A stretch of 63,569 nucleotides of DNA, filler included, from Octopus bimaculoides (GCF_001194135.2; 4 parts of 2 records of this genome joined end to end with filler, not necessarily neighbours in it), one strand, 5' to 3'; numbered from the whole stretch's first letter, positions 25,700 to 37,266 are shown. Numbers and translations are program-made. The notes: a model not told the origin generated them from the letters alone.

Positions 25700-26396
25700 T
25701 AGAGTTTGGCGTGTAACTAATTCTATCCTTGAAACCGCTCGTAGCCAGGGCGGGGCGGCAGCATAAAAAATTTCTTTGCTTGAAGATAAGCTGGAAATTT
25801 TATTCTGACGCCATTTTCCAGGTTCATGAAAACTATTGCTGGATGACAGGAACCTGTGTTAATGTATGATAGCTTCTCGTTTGGCTTCCTAAAGGGTCTA
25901 TAGGCACTGGACTCCAAGTCCAGCGTCACACCAAGGAAATCCCTTACTTTCAGGTTGGTTTCTATCATGACCTTCAGTCCAAGAGTGTTTATAGTGTTGG
26001 TGAGGTCTTTTCTAAGCTTATCTAGCGTGTGGCCGTTTGCCACTCTGGATATTGCCAGCGCGTAGAGGCCAACGCTAGTTGAAGGGAATTTCCTTTAAGT
26101 ACATCGAGGATGAAGAAAACAACATGGTCACACACGTCAGCACTGTCGAAGGTACCCATTGCCATGTCGAAGGAACCTGCTGGATCAGTTCGTTTGGCCC
26201 AGGACGACCCCTTACTGAAGAGTAGGGTTCTTCTGGCGTCACTGACTTCAGTGCAGGCCCTAGTGAAGTCCAGTGTCTTAAAAAGGAGCTCCCTCAATAT
26301 AGATGAGTAAAAATCCACTGTATCAAATTGGATAAACCTAGCTCTACTCCTTCCGCTATTGGTTTTAAACCATGTAATGACCTTGTTGGTGTTACG
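25700..26396 (-). pseudogene. PLE reverse transcriptase fragment (frameshifted, catalytic motif deleted)
   Basis: ORFs 26022..26471 and 25723..26043 join by frameshift; reads GLYALAI where PLE RTs read GLYRDDGL. Confidence 0.85.
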
Positions 26397-26822
26397 CCAA
26401 TACATAAAAGAAAGAAAACACACTAACGAACACAAATGTGTATGCCCACATCTCCTGCAAAGGTTATACACATAATACCACTAAGCATATTCTATTTCCA
26501 CAAGAACACCAACCTTAAGGATGCACACATTTCCCACAAACACTTTAAAATAACTCTTACCTACTTGCAGCATAACCACCCCAGTGGCAATGTTTAAGAA
26601 CCAAGGGATATAACTCCTAACTTAATCCCCTACTCGTTTCATTTCACCATCTTTTCACAGCAACCGCAAACCGGATGTGTCTATTCACCTCTAAGTATAG
26701 AGAGCAGTCGCCATATTTCATTCCATATCGGCTACCTCTGATGAGCGTTGAATCCCTAGCGCGAAAGTGGCTGGTAAGATCGGCCGTAATGGATATATAA
26801 TACAGTACACTTCGGATAATAT
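26397..26822 (+). repeat. PLE inverted 5' pseudo-LTR (arm 2)
   Basis: Reverse complement of 24398-24797; abuts the truncated RT exactly at the W codon of WRNTNK. Confidence 0.9.
26732..26777 (+). ncRNA. Minimal type I hammerhead ribozyme-like motif (degenerate)
   Basis: ctacct CTGATGA GCGTT gaatccct AGCGC GAAA gtggc tggtaa; intact core and 5-bp stem II, stem I and cleavage site mutated. Confidence 0.7.
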
Positions 26823-26838
26823 GTGTGTGCGCGTGTGT

Positions 26839-26881
<43 letters not shown>

Positions 26882-27409
26882 AGTGTGTGTGTGTGTGTGT
26901 ATATATAAATATGTTGTTGACGTCATAAGAATTTAGAAACTTAGAGAACATGAAATAATTCTTTTTCGAAAGATGTGGGTTCGGGTCGCACGGCCAGCCT
27001 ACCACTTTTTTTTATCCAAAGGATTTTAAATCCGATATTTACTCGCTGTTATTTATAGCTCTATTTCCTTCGAGAATCACGTTCCTAAAATCCTAAAAAG
27101 AAAACACACACACACATCGTCTGCATATCAGTGATGGCCTTTAGTCAGTGATATCCGTATGCATCTGTGTTATCTATCTGCCAGTGTTATCTTAATATCT
27201 GACAGATGTGCATCCCCTCGTTACTGTAACACTGATGAGCTACAGTCAGAAGAATGTTGCAGCTGCTTCTATTTTTATTATTGTTATTTTTAATCGATAT
27301 CGTTGTTGTTTTAACTTTTGTTGTTATTGTTCTTATTTTTGTGGTTTGCATGCCTTTTCGAAGCATACTATTAACACTAATGGGCTTAATTTGATTCTCT
27401 TGAAGTTAC

Positions 27410-27600
27410 CTTCATTGATTCTGTTGTTACTGTTGCTGTTGTTGTTATTGTTATTACTATTTGTGTCGTTATCATCGTTACTGGCAGACCCGTCATCAAA
27501 CTTTGGTGTCGGGGTGAGGGTGGAATGTTGCTTCAGAATATTCTGCGTGGACACAAGTTTGTATCTCGGGAAGATTTTTGTAAACTGTATTTTTTTAAAT
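27410..27600 (-). CDS. Candidate exon with a poly-Asn tract
   Basis: cccccAG|..191 bp..AAG|GTAACT; FKKIQFTKIFPRYKLVSTQNILKQHSTLTPTPKFDDGSASNDDNDTNSNNNNNNSNSNNRINE. Confidence 0.25.
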
Positions 27601-28051
27601 CTGGGGGCGCATCATTGAATAGGGAAGAGCCAGTGCCGTCCAGTCTATGTCGTCAGTGACGGGCATAGTTATTGGTGAACCATATTTGATCAGAGTCGTG
27701 ATCAAAATTACTCCAGTCATGACTGCTTCATCTTATTAATTCTATGTTCCGGAGCCTCGGGTTCATGGTAAGGGCGTGATTTGAGAGAGATTCTACTGTT
27801 ATTTCTAGAATGTTAATTGACCACACAATGAATTACTCATTGCCTCGTATTGGTCTGGATTTACCTCATGTCAGTTCTGATTAGACAATCTTATAATCAA
27901 AAGTATTCCGGCTACGACTATCTTTCTTTTTAAGTTTTTCTAAAACAACATTATATAAACACTTCATTATGTTTTTAAAAAGAACCTAAATATGATGTGA
28001 TTTGAGTGAAAACTAGGTTCTGTCTATACCAGGTTAAACGATAACGTTAAG

Positions 28052-28358
28052 CAGAGGTTCTCAATCGGGGTCCATATAAGAGTTTTAAGGGTCCGCGCAA
28101 CAAAATAATAAATTAGAGATCCACAATAGTATTTTTTTTACTTTGGGTGTATGTATTTGTGTGTATAGGTATGTATTGCAAGAAACAGCTAGGTTTCTTT
28201 CTCTAACATTTTACATAGTTCAACATACACATGTCAATGCGTGAAAAACAAAATAGAAATTTGGAAGAAGTTTCTATAAAACTAGTTTTTTACGGGTTTC
28301 CATAGGATAAAATACTAATCAAAGGAGTTCATAGATAAAAAATGGTCGAGAACCCCTG
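28052..28358 (+). mobile_element. hAT-type MITE copy 2
   Basis: TIRs cagaggttctcaatc..ggtcgagaacccctg; TSD degenerate. Confidence 0.8.
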
Positions 28359-28608
28359 ATGTAGAGGTGTCCTCTTTTGCTATTGTAACTATAGTTATTA
28401 TCATCGTTGTGGCCATCATTGTTGCTGTTGCTATTGAATAATGATATCATCATTGGTCTATTTATTTATTTATTTATTTGCAGTTGTTTGTTTAGAAAAG
28501 AAGTGATTTCGTCAGATTTTTTGCTCGCCATATTTGATTGTGATGTTCAAGTATTTTGAGAACACCTCCGATCAAACCATTGATTCAGAAGTAAATATTT
28601 GAGATATT

Positions 28609-28639
<31 letters not shown>

Positions 28640-29439
28640 CCTTCTCTTCTGCCCATTCNNNNNNNNNNNNNNNNNNNNNNNNNNNNNNNNNNNNNNNNNN
28701 NNNNNNNNNNNNNNNNNNNNNNNNNNNNNNNNNNNNNNNNNNNNNNNNNNNNNNNNNNNNNNNNNNNNNNNNNNNNNNNNNNNNNNNNNNNNNNNNNNNN
28801 NNNNNNNNNNNNNNNNNNNNNNNNNNNNNNNNNNNNNNNNNNNNNNNNNNNNNNNNNNNNNNNNNNNNNNNNNNNNNNNNNNNNNNNNNNNNNNNNNNNN
28901 NNNNNNNNNNNNNNNNNNNNNNNNNNNNNNNNNNNNNNNNNNNNNNNNNNNNNNNNNNNNNNNNNNNNNNNNNNNNNNNNNNNNNNNNNNNNNNNNNNNN
29001 NNNNNNNNNNNNNNNNNNNNNNNNNNNNNNNNNNNNNNNNNNNNNNNNNNNNNNNNNNNNNNNNNNNNNNNNNNNNNNNNNNNNNNGGGGGGGGGGAGAG
29101 AGAGAGTGACAGACAGACAGGGAAAGAATGGAAGAAAGAAAGAGAAATAGACAACAAATAAATAAAAGAAGGAATTGAAGAAATCAAAGCGTTCACGTTG
29201 AATCCTTTATTACGAACGGCAGCCAGTAATGTTTTCTTAAGACCTTATGAAATTGCCATTATACTTACATTCTCTCTGCATTTAATGAGTGGTTAAACAA
29301 TCTAGTTTTATTTCTTCCGTCTGTTCTTTTTTGGATGTTTACTTTGACTTTGACTCAAGTCTGCTGTAACCTTTTGACTCCACTCAGATGAAAAGAAAAT
29401 GCATTTTTCTTTTCACCTTCAAATCAGAAAGTATATATA

Positions 29440-29471
<32 letters not shown>

Positions 29472-29529
29472 ATTAGGGACAAAATCCAAAATTACAGGTA
29501 ACACACATATATATATATATATTACACTC

Positions 29530-29690
29530 TCCATAACTTAGCAGTTTTGGAAAAGAAAACGCGACAGAGTAAGTACCTGCTTGAGAGAACAAAAAGAAAC
29601 ATAGGTACTCGGGTCGATTTGTTCGACTAAACCCTTCAAGGCAGTGCCCCTGCATGACCGCAGTTTAATGATTGAGACGAGTAAAAGATA
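29530..29690 (+). mobile_element. SINE family D tail
   Basis: taacttagcagttttgg..gggtcgatttgttcgactaa..gcatgaccgcagt. Confidence 0.75.
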
Positions 29691-30632
29691 NNNNNNNNNN
29701 NNNNNNNNNNNNNNNNNNNNNNNNNNNNNNNNNNNNNNNNNNNNNNNNNNNNNNNNNNNNNNNNNNNNNNNNNNNNNNNNNNNNNNNNNNNNNNNNNNNN
29801 NNNNNNNNNNNNNNNNNNNNNNNNNNNNNNNNNNNNNNNNNNNNNNNNNNNNNNNNNNNNNNNNNNNNNNNNNNNNNNNNNNNNNNNNNNNNNNNNNNNN
29901 NNNNNNNNNNNNNNNNNNNNNNNNNNNNNNNNNNNNNNNNNNNNNNNNNNNNNNNNNNNNNNNNNNNNNNNNNNNNNNNNNNNNNNNNNNNNNNNNNNNN
30001 NNNNNNNNNNNNNNNNNNNNNNNNNNNNNNNNNNNNNNNNNNNNNNNNNNNNNNNNNNNNNNNNNNNNNNNNNNNNNNNNNNNNNNNNNNNNNNNNNNNN
30101 NNNNNNNNNNNNNNNNNNNNNNNNNNNNNNNNNNNNNNNNNNNNNNNNNNNNNNNNNNNNNNNNNNNNNNNNNNNNNNNNNNNNNNNNNNNNNNNNNNNN
30201 NNNNNNNNNNNNNNNNNNNNNNNNNNNNNNNNNNNNNNNNNNNNNNNNNNNNNNNNNNNNNNNNNNNNNNNNNNNNNNNNNNNNNNNNNNNNNNNNNNNN
30301 NNNNNNNNNNNNNNNNNNNNNNNNNNNNNNNNNNNNNNNNNNNNNNNNNNNNNNNNNNNNNNNNNNNNNNNNNNNNNNNNNNNNNNNNNNNNNNNNNNNN
30401 NNNNNNNNNNNNNNNNNNNNNNNNNNNNNNNNNNNNNNNNNNNNNNNNNNNNNNNNNNNNNNNNNNNNNNNNNNNNNNNNNNNNNNNNNNNNNNGATGCT
30501 GATTAAAAATCGTTTTTTTTAAAATTTCAAGTGCGTAAGTGACCGCATGGGCATAAAACCCCAACACGTGTCAAGTTTCATCAAGGTCTCGGAGGAGTTA
30601 AAGTAACAATTTCACAAACACCCAAACTTGCC

Positions 30633-30635
<3 letters not shown>

Positions 30636-30682
<47 letters not shown>
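30636..30682. repeat. (ATT)n microsatellite
   Basis: Directly visible. Confidence 0.98.
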
Positions 30683-30687
<5 letters not shown>

Positions 30688-30688
30688 T

Positions 30689-31950
30689 CCGTATATTTCC
30701 GCGTATAAGACGACCTTTAAATCCTAAAATTTACCCTAGTAATTTGGGGTCGTCTTATACCACCATTCTAAAAATCAAACTTTGAATTTTAAGTGATTTT
30801 ACTTTAAATAAGCTAACCTCGACCTCGGTACGATAACCACAGACATACGTGAACAGATCAACAAAATAAGAAACAATCATAATTGGCATACCTTTATTAT
30901 AAAGGTATGCCAATAATATATACTTTATATATTATTGGCATACCTTTATAATAAATAGCCTATTCGAGAGATAATTCTGTATCATTGAAATCAACTTTTA
31001 TCTATGCGAGTTCGGCAGAGAAAATGTAAATAATCTTTATCTTTCGCTAACCTTTCAAAAGTTTTAATAGTGTCGTATAACTGTAATAATAACATTTAGA
31101 ATAACATATTTACTTTTTTCATAAAATATCTATTATCATTTGGTGGTAAATAACACAATTTGGATTACACGCAACCTTTAATTTTCAATAAAATTATTTT
31201 ACAGTAGTTGCAATTACAATATAAGACATTATAAATTGTTTTTAATTCCTATCAAGATAAATAATATTAATAAAACATCAAACCTGCCACACGTATTTAT
31301 CTAAAACCCATCAAATTCCTCACAATCATCACTATCTGTTTCTAAAAGTTTCTCATACATATCACAAAATTCATCACATATGCCGTCATCGTAAGGATTC
31401 CCGTCTGGTTCTGGTGAATCGATTTCGACTTCGTTGTCACTATTGTACAGAATATCATCTTCGGTACCATCCATGGCATTAGAGATACCGCATTTTAAAA
31501 ATGATTTTACCACATTTTCTACTTTAACTTTGTCCCATACCTTTATAACAAATTCACAGAAGACATCAACTGAGGCAGCACGCATAGCTCCACCATTTGT
31601 AAAAAAGTTTTCTCCATTCATCACCCAGTCATTCCATTGCGCTCCCACATTATCGTTAAATGGTTTGTTTACACTGACATCAAGTGGCTGCAGTATAGAA
31701 GTCAAGCCACCAGGAATAACAGTAATATCAGTATTGGTTTTGGATAACCGGGTTTTAGTATTTGCCGTTACGTGGCTACGAAACATATCTCAAACCAATA
31801 AACTGCGTTCATTTCGTATGCCACCTGGCCGCCTGTTGCAAATATTCTCAATCCATAATTTCACACCACTCTCGTTCATCTAACCTTTCTCGTGAAAATG
31901 AGCAAAAATGCCAGGAAGAAAATCTATTTTGGGATCTTTTTCCTCTTGTT
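30689..31950 (-). mobile_element. pogo-superfamily (POGK/Tc2-like, DD35D) DNA transposon 3' part
   Basis: KRKKIPK..HEKG*MNESGVKLWIENICNRRPGG..LLV*DMFRSH..IPGGLTSILQPLDVSVNKPF..KSFLKCGISNAMDGTEDD; terminal sequence ccgtatatttccgcgtataagacgacc at 30689; in-frame stops. Confidence 0.9.
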
Positions 31951-32304
31951 CATTTTACCCTGAAGAACGACTTTGTCCGAAACGTCAAATATCCACTCTT
32001 CACAGCAATTTCACTCTAGTCTTTGTAACTTTTTCCAAATTATTTTATTTTCACTAATATAGAAAAACAGATGCATACCGTCCATTGCAAATTTGTTCGG
32101 ACACATCAGATAATGCAATCCTAGATGTACTCCTGCTTTAACAAATTTTNNNNNNNNNNNNNNNNNNNNCATAAGTCTGCTTGATCTGTGCTGTCCTGTG
32201 GGTTAACAACAATAAAAACAACAGTTGTTGACTTGACGTCAACAGCATAAATTCTCGCTGGCTTGCCAGAAAACAGTTCCTAAAATGGATAGAGAAACTC
32301 GAAC

Positions 32305-32376
32305 GATTGTTTTAGTCCAATAGTAAAACGTCCGTCATGTCTACAGGAGATGTAAGTTCGAGTCCCACAAGCAGCT
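32305..32376 (+). pseudogene. Degenerate tRNA-like sequence (Asp-like) or orphan SINE head
   Basis: A-box-like tagtccaatag, B box gttcgagtccc and gtc at the anticodon position; stems do not close. Confidence 0.35.
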
Positions 32377-33234
32377 ATTGATTTTTCTATTCAGAAAGGT
32401 TTTCAACCTAATATTTACACTCTATTACGTATAGCCTTATGTACTGTGAGATTCACTCCCCCCACCCCGCCAAAAAAACTGTTTCGATGTCGGTGCTTTT
32501 AGATATTGGTGTATTTTGCAAAACAGAGAAACAATAAAACAGAAAAAAAAAACAAGCTAAAAACATTTTTAGTTACCCGTTTCAAGACAAGAATGGTACA
32601 CTTGTTTGTTAATTGCTCATAATGGGAAAAAAATATTGTCTGAAATTGATGATGTAAACAATGATAATGATGTATAAGAGGATTCCTTTATTTGCTTCAA
32701 TCGTATTATCAATAAAAGAGTTTTACCAATGTAAGACAAAACTAGAAGTGGATAGAGCCATGCAAGCCAGTTTCTATATATATATACGTATACGCATGCG
32801 TACATATGTACGTGTATATATATACATATGAGTCAGTGTATATGAATGCATACATATATATAAATACACAAAACATACTTATATGCATATATTTACGCGT
32901 GTACATATACATAGGTATATGTATGTACACATACGTAAATACATTCATACGTATATGTATGTATATATATATATATATGAGGGGTTGATCAAAATATTGG
33001 AAATACCACCTTTATTCAACTACTTTTTCTTTTGGCAATACGACAAATCCAAAACTGCTCTATTTTGTATGTATGTGTCTGTATGCATTATTTATGTCTC
33101 GTACTTCATGACATAGCCCTGCGGCTTTCTCATTTTTTTTTCGCAGATATTTATATTTAAATAAGTTAGAATGTGTGTGTGTGTGTGTGTGTGTATTCTT
33201 GTGCATGTGCGCGTGTTTCTCTATACTTTCAGAT

Positions 33235-33445
33235 ATTGGTTTCAAATTTTGGCACAAAACCACCAATATCGGGGTGGGGTAAGTCGATTACATCGATCTC
33301 AGTGTTGAACTGATACTTATTTTATCGATTTCGAAAGGATGAACGGTAAAGTTGACCTCTGGGGAATTTGAACTAAGGTAAAGAAAGATGAAATGCCATT
33401 AAGCATTTTGCCCGGCGTGCTAACGAGTCTGCCAGCTCGCCGCTC
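33235..33445 (-). mobile_element. SINE family A
   Basis: Reverse complement of family A. Confidence 0.85.
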
Positions 33446-33525
33446 TTTATAGCTGAAATATTAAAATCAAATTAAATAATGGTTTTGTAAAAAAAACAAA
33501 GCAAAAACAATATTTAAATGTTTAT

Positions 33526-33765
33526 AAGGCAGCGAGCTGGCAGAAACGTTAGCACGCCGAGCGAAATGCTTAGCGATATTTCGTCTGTCTTTATGTTCTG
33601 AGTTCAAATTCCGCCGTGCAACTTTGCTTTCATCCTTTGCAGAGAGGGGCCAGTAGATTAGATCGACCCCAGTACACAACTTAATTTATAAGTTGTGTAC
33701 TGGGGTCGATCTAAGCGACTGCCCCACCCCAATTTCTAGACCTTGTGTCTAGAGTAGAAAAGAAT
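33526..33765 (+). mobile_element. SINE family A carrying an internal fold-back inversion
   Basis: Core interrupted by a palindrome at 33641-33730. Confidence 0.9.
33658..33714. repeat. Perfect 26-bp inverted repeat with 5-nt loop
   Basis: ttagatcgaccccagtacacaactta-attta-taagttgtgtactggggtcgatctaa. Confidence 0.97.
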
Positions 33766-34230
33766 ATTTAAATGTTTATATATTCATATATTCTTTTGTA
33801 CGGTGACGAGATGGTAAAATCGTTGCAGCATCCGAAGAATGCCATGCAGTATTCGTTCCAGCACTTTCTTTAAAATCTTACCAACGTCAAATTTACCTTC
33901 CACATTCAGGGAAAAATAAATGGGTGAAAACACGTAGCCTAGTAGTTCAATTTTCGGACCGGGTGATGTGTCCTGTTCCTGAGCAAAATACTTCATTTTA
34001 CGTTGCTGCAGTGTACTCAATTGTAAATGGGTAAACCTGCGATGGACTGGCGCCTTGTTCAGGGATAACCTAGATAGTAATGTTCAGAGCATCGAAGATA
34101 TTAACTATGATTTGCATCGGAGAAGGAGGAGCTCTTCCAGAATTAAAAGTATCCAAGGTACGCTGTATGTCATGACGGTGTCCCTACGAGTCTGTTGAGA
34201 GTTGAGGATCCGAGGCAAAGCATATTCTCC

Positions 34231-34387
34231 TGCGTGGTTGTATGATTAAAAAGTTCGTTTCGCAACCACACGGTTTCGAGTTCGGTTCCACTGTGTGGCA
34301 TTTTGGTCAAGCGTGTTCTGCTTTCGAGTTGACTAGATGCCCTGTGAGTAAAATTTGGTATTGGGAGACTGTGCAAGAACTCATAGT

Positions 34388-34418
<31 letters not shown>

Positions 34419-34800
34419 TGTATAATAGAACAAAGTATAAACATGCAGTCTCAGGGTATCAAATCAATTAAAAAACATATTGAAGATAAATATATAAACA
34501 TACATAAGAATATAGTAGGAAACATGGAAGGATCCAGGAGAGGAAAGTTCATAATCGTTCAGGTGTATAGAGATTCAGATCAGGATGATGTAGGAAAGAA
34601 CTGTGTAGTGTTGATTTATACATAACCGATGTTGCTGCTTATGTCCCTGTAACTTAGCAGTTTGACAAGTAGTATTTGATAAGATAAGTACCAGACTTTA
34701 AAATGAGTAAAAAAAAAAAGGTCAATATGGTCGACTAAAACTGCGAAAGTGGTGCCCCAGCATGGCCGCAGTCGTATGACTAAAATCAGAAAGATAATAC
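34231..34800 (+). mobile_element. SINE family D with expanded interior
   Basis: Head about 34231-34380, tail about 34620-34800. Confidence 0.7.
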
Positions 34801-35320
34801 AATATAGATAAAAACAAGGCCTTCCACTCTGGGGAGGGTCAATAAAACCGACCCGAGTTGACTGATACTTTATTAATGAATGAATGTTTGAAACTGGAAC
34901 TGTAGACACGAAATGCCAGATTCGCTAGAAGGTTAGATGGAAGTTCAAATCACACCGAAGTCCACTTTGCTTTTTAACCCTAGGGATCGGTAAGTAAATT
35001 ATCAGTGAAATTCTTTGAAAGATTGACTTTTTCCCCCACCTCTCTCTCTCCGGATTGGCTGCCAGCTTGTAGAGGAGTGGAGTCACTCTAGCAGATTTAG
35101 ATTCCCAAAACATACTCCTATCGGACTACATTTGTATTAGCAAATCTATGACATATGTATCAGTAGTAACACGCTGCGAGATCTGTAGGTGACTTACAAA
35201 GCTCGCCGCCTTCGAAACCGTCCTGTAATATCATGTTATAAAAATCATATCTATAAGCATTTAGCTAAATCTAGAATACATATATACTTATAAGTGACCC
35301 TGTATGAACATGTTTATTAA

Positions 35321-35604
35321 AACTGGCACTCCGTCGGTTACGATGACTAGTGTTTCAGTTGATCGGATCAATAAAACAGCCTACTTGTGAAAGTAACGTA
35401 CAGGTGGCTGAGCACTCTACAGATACGCGTACCCTTAACGTAGTTCTCATGAAGATTTAGCGTGACACAGAATGTGACAAGGCCGGGCTTTTGATATATA
35501 GGCACAACTCATTTTTGCTAGCTGAATGGACTGGAGTAATGTGAAATAAAATCTGAAGTGGTACTCACGATCGTGTGCCGAATAACCAACTACCAAGTCA
35601 CGCA
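35321..35604 (-). mobile_element. SINE family C (internally deleted)
   Basis: Tail C plus partial CORE-like block. Confidence 0.8.
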
Positions 35605-35641
35605 TGATAACGCGTGATTATTTGCTATAGAGATTTGCTAT

Positions 35642-36050
35642 AAGCATAACTGTGTTGTTAAGACGCCCGATTTGCAACCTCCTGGTTTTGGGTTCAGTTC
35701 CACTGCCTGACACATTGAGCGAGTGTCTTCAACTATAACCCCCAAGCTGACCAATGTCTTGCAAGTGAATATGGTAGACGGAAACTGCGTGGTAGCCCAA
35801 CATACATACATACATACATACATACATACATACGTGTTTGCTCCCCCTCCACGGCTTCTCAGCCGGTTTTTTGTTTACGTCCCCGTAGCTCAGTGTTTCG
35901 GCAAAGCGACCGATAGAATAAGAACCAACCTCTAATAAAAAGAAAAAAGAACTGGGGTCGATTTGTTCGACTAAACCCTTGAAGACTGTGCTCCAGTATG
36001 GCCGCACTCCAGTGAGTGAAACGGGTAAAATACGAAAGATGAAAAGATAA
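35642..36050 (+). mobile_element. SINE family D
   Basis: Head, (CATA)n interior, tail. Confidence 0.82.
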
Positions 36051-36155
36051 GGGTTATAGCTGGCCTAGACAATAAACACGATCCGTAAGAGTCGGCTGCT
36101 AACGTGGTAAGCAACTATATATTATCTTCCGTTTCAGTCATATCTATCTATCTAA

Positions 36156-36194
<39 letters not shown>

Positions 36195-36202
<8 letters not shown>

Positions 36203-36370
36203 CCTACGACTGGCTTCCACACAGTTTCTCCTCCAACAAATTCACAAACAAGGTATTGGTTGACCCGAGGTTAGAGTAGAAGACACTTGCCCAACGTATC
36301 GTAACAGTGGGACTGACCAAGAACCTATTTGGCTGGAAAGCGAGCTTCTTAACTACACAGCCTTGCCTGT
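36195..36370 (-). mobile_element. SINE family D head fragment
   Basis: gtagaagacacttgccc..cagtgggactga. Confidence 0.75.
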
Positions 36371-36453
36371 AAAATATGTGAAATATTATTGGCAGAAAGT
36401 ATTTGAACGCTTAGATTAGCATTACTAAATAAATTGCTAAATAGATAATGCGA

Positions 36454-36496
<43 letters not shown>

Positions 36497-37266
36497 NNNN
36501 NNNNNNNNNNNNNNNNNNNNNNNNNNNNNNNNNNNNNNNNNNNNNNNNNNNNNNNNNNNNNNNNNNNNNNNNNNNNNNNNNNNNNNNNNNNNNNNNNNNN
36601 NNNNNNNNNNNNNNNNNNNNNNNNNNNNNNNNNNNNNNNNNNNNNNNNNNNNNNNNNNNNNNNNNNNNNNNNNNNNNNNNNNNNNNNNNNNNNNNNNNNN
36701 NNNNNNNNNNNNNNNNNNNNNNNNNNNNNNNNNNNNNNNNNNNNNNNNNNNNNNNNNNNNNNNNNNNNNNNNNNNNNNNNNNNNNNNNNNNNNNNNNNNN
36801 NNNNNNNNNNNNNNNNNNNNNNNNNNNNNNNNNNNNNNNNNNNNNNNNNNNNNNNNNNNNNNNNNNNNNNNNNNNNNNNNNNNNNNNNNNNNNNATATAT
36901 ATTGTTTATTAAACATAAAACATCAACATATAGGGAATAAATAGAAGACAGGATTTCAATATTTGCCAATATACTGTTTACTTCTTGTTTCTTTGTTGAA
37001 CAAATTGTTAATGGAATAGGAGAAAGATGTGTTTTGAAAACATTTCCACGGTTCTAAGATTGCTTAATGGTAGGGTCTGTTTTGAGTATCAGTTACAGTG
37101 GTTGGCTCTTGCAATTCATTAAGGATGAGGAATGGGGAGGGGTAGAGTGTGGGAGAAAGTTAAGAGGAGAGACGGAAGCAACGAAATAGAAATGGAAGAT
37201 GTTGAGAGGATGGCAGGGAAAGAACGATATGAGGGGGAGAAAAGAGGACAAAATGAGAAACAGAGA

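Larger units (their letters stand above)
24398..26822 (-). mobile_element. Penelope-like retroelement, 5'-truncated and decayed: RT, linker, GIY-YIG endonuclease, flanked by inverted pseudo-LTRs
   Basis: RT motifs WRNTNKVITWFK, FIQFDTVDFYSSI, FDMAMGTFDSADVC, DFLGVTLDL, YRPFRKPN; linker LWFTLPFSLSVKTRVGKIFLRLVD; GIY-YIG region VVYEAEV..KYVGASEGHFRIRHNNHKSSF..WKILEKCK..CRLCMTEK. Several frameshifts. 24398-24797 is the reverse complement of 26397-26822. Confidence 0.92.

Noticed and set aside
27208-27618. 136-aa + strand ORF with poly-Leu
   Set aside because: Product of a (TTG/TTA)n tract; antisense to the poly-Asn frame
31434-31883. 149-aa + strand ORF
   Set aside because: Antisense shadow of the pogo transposase
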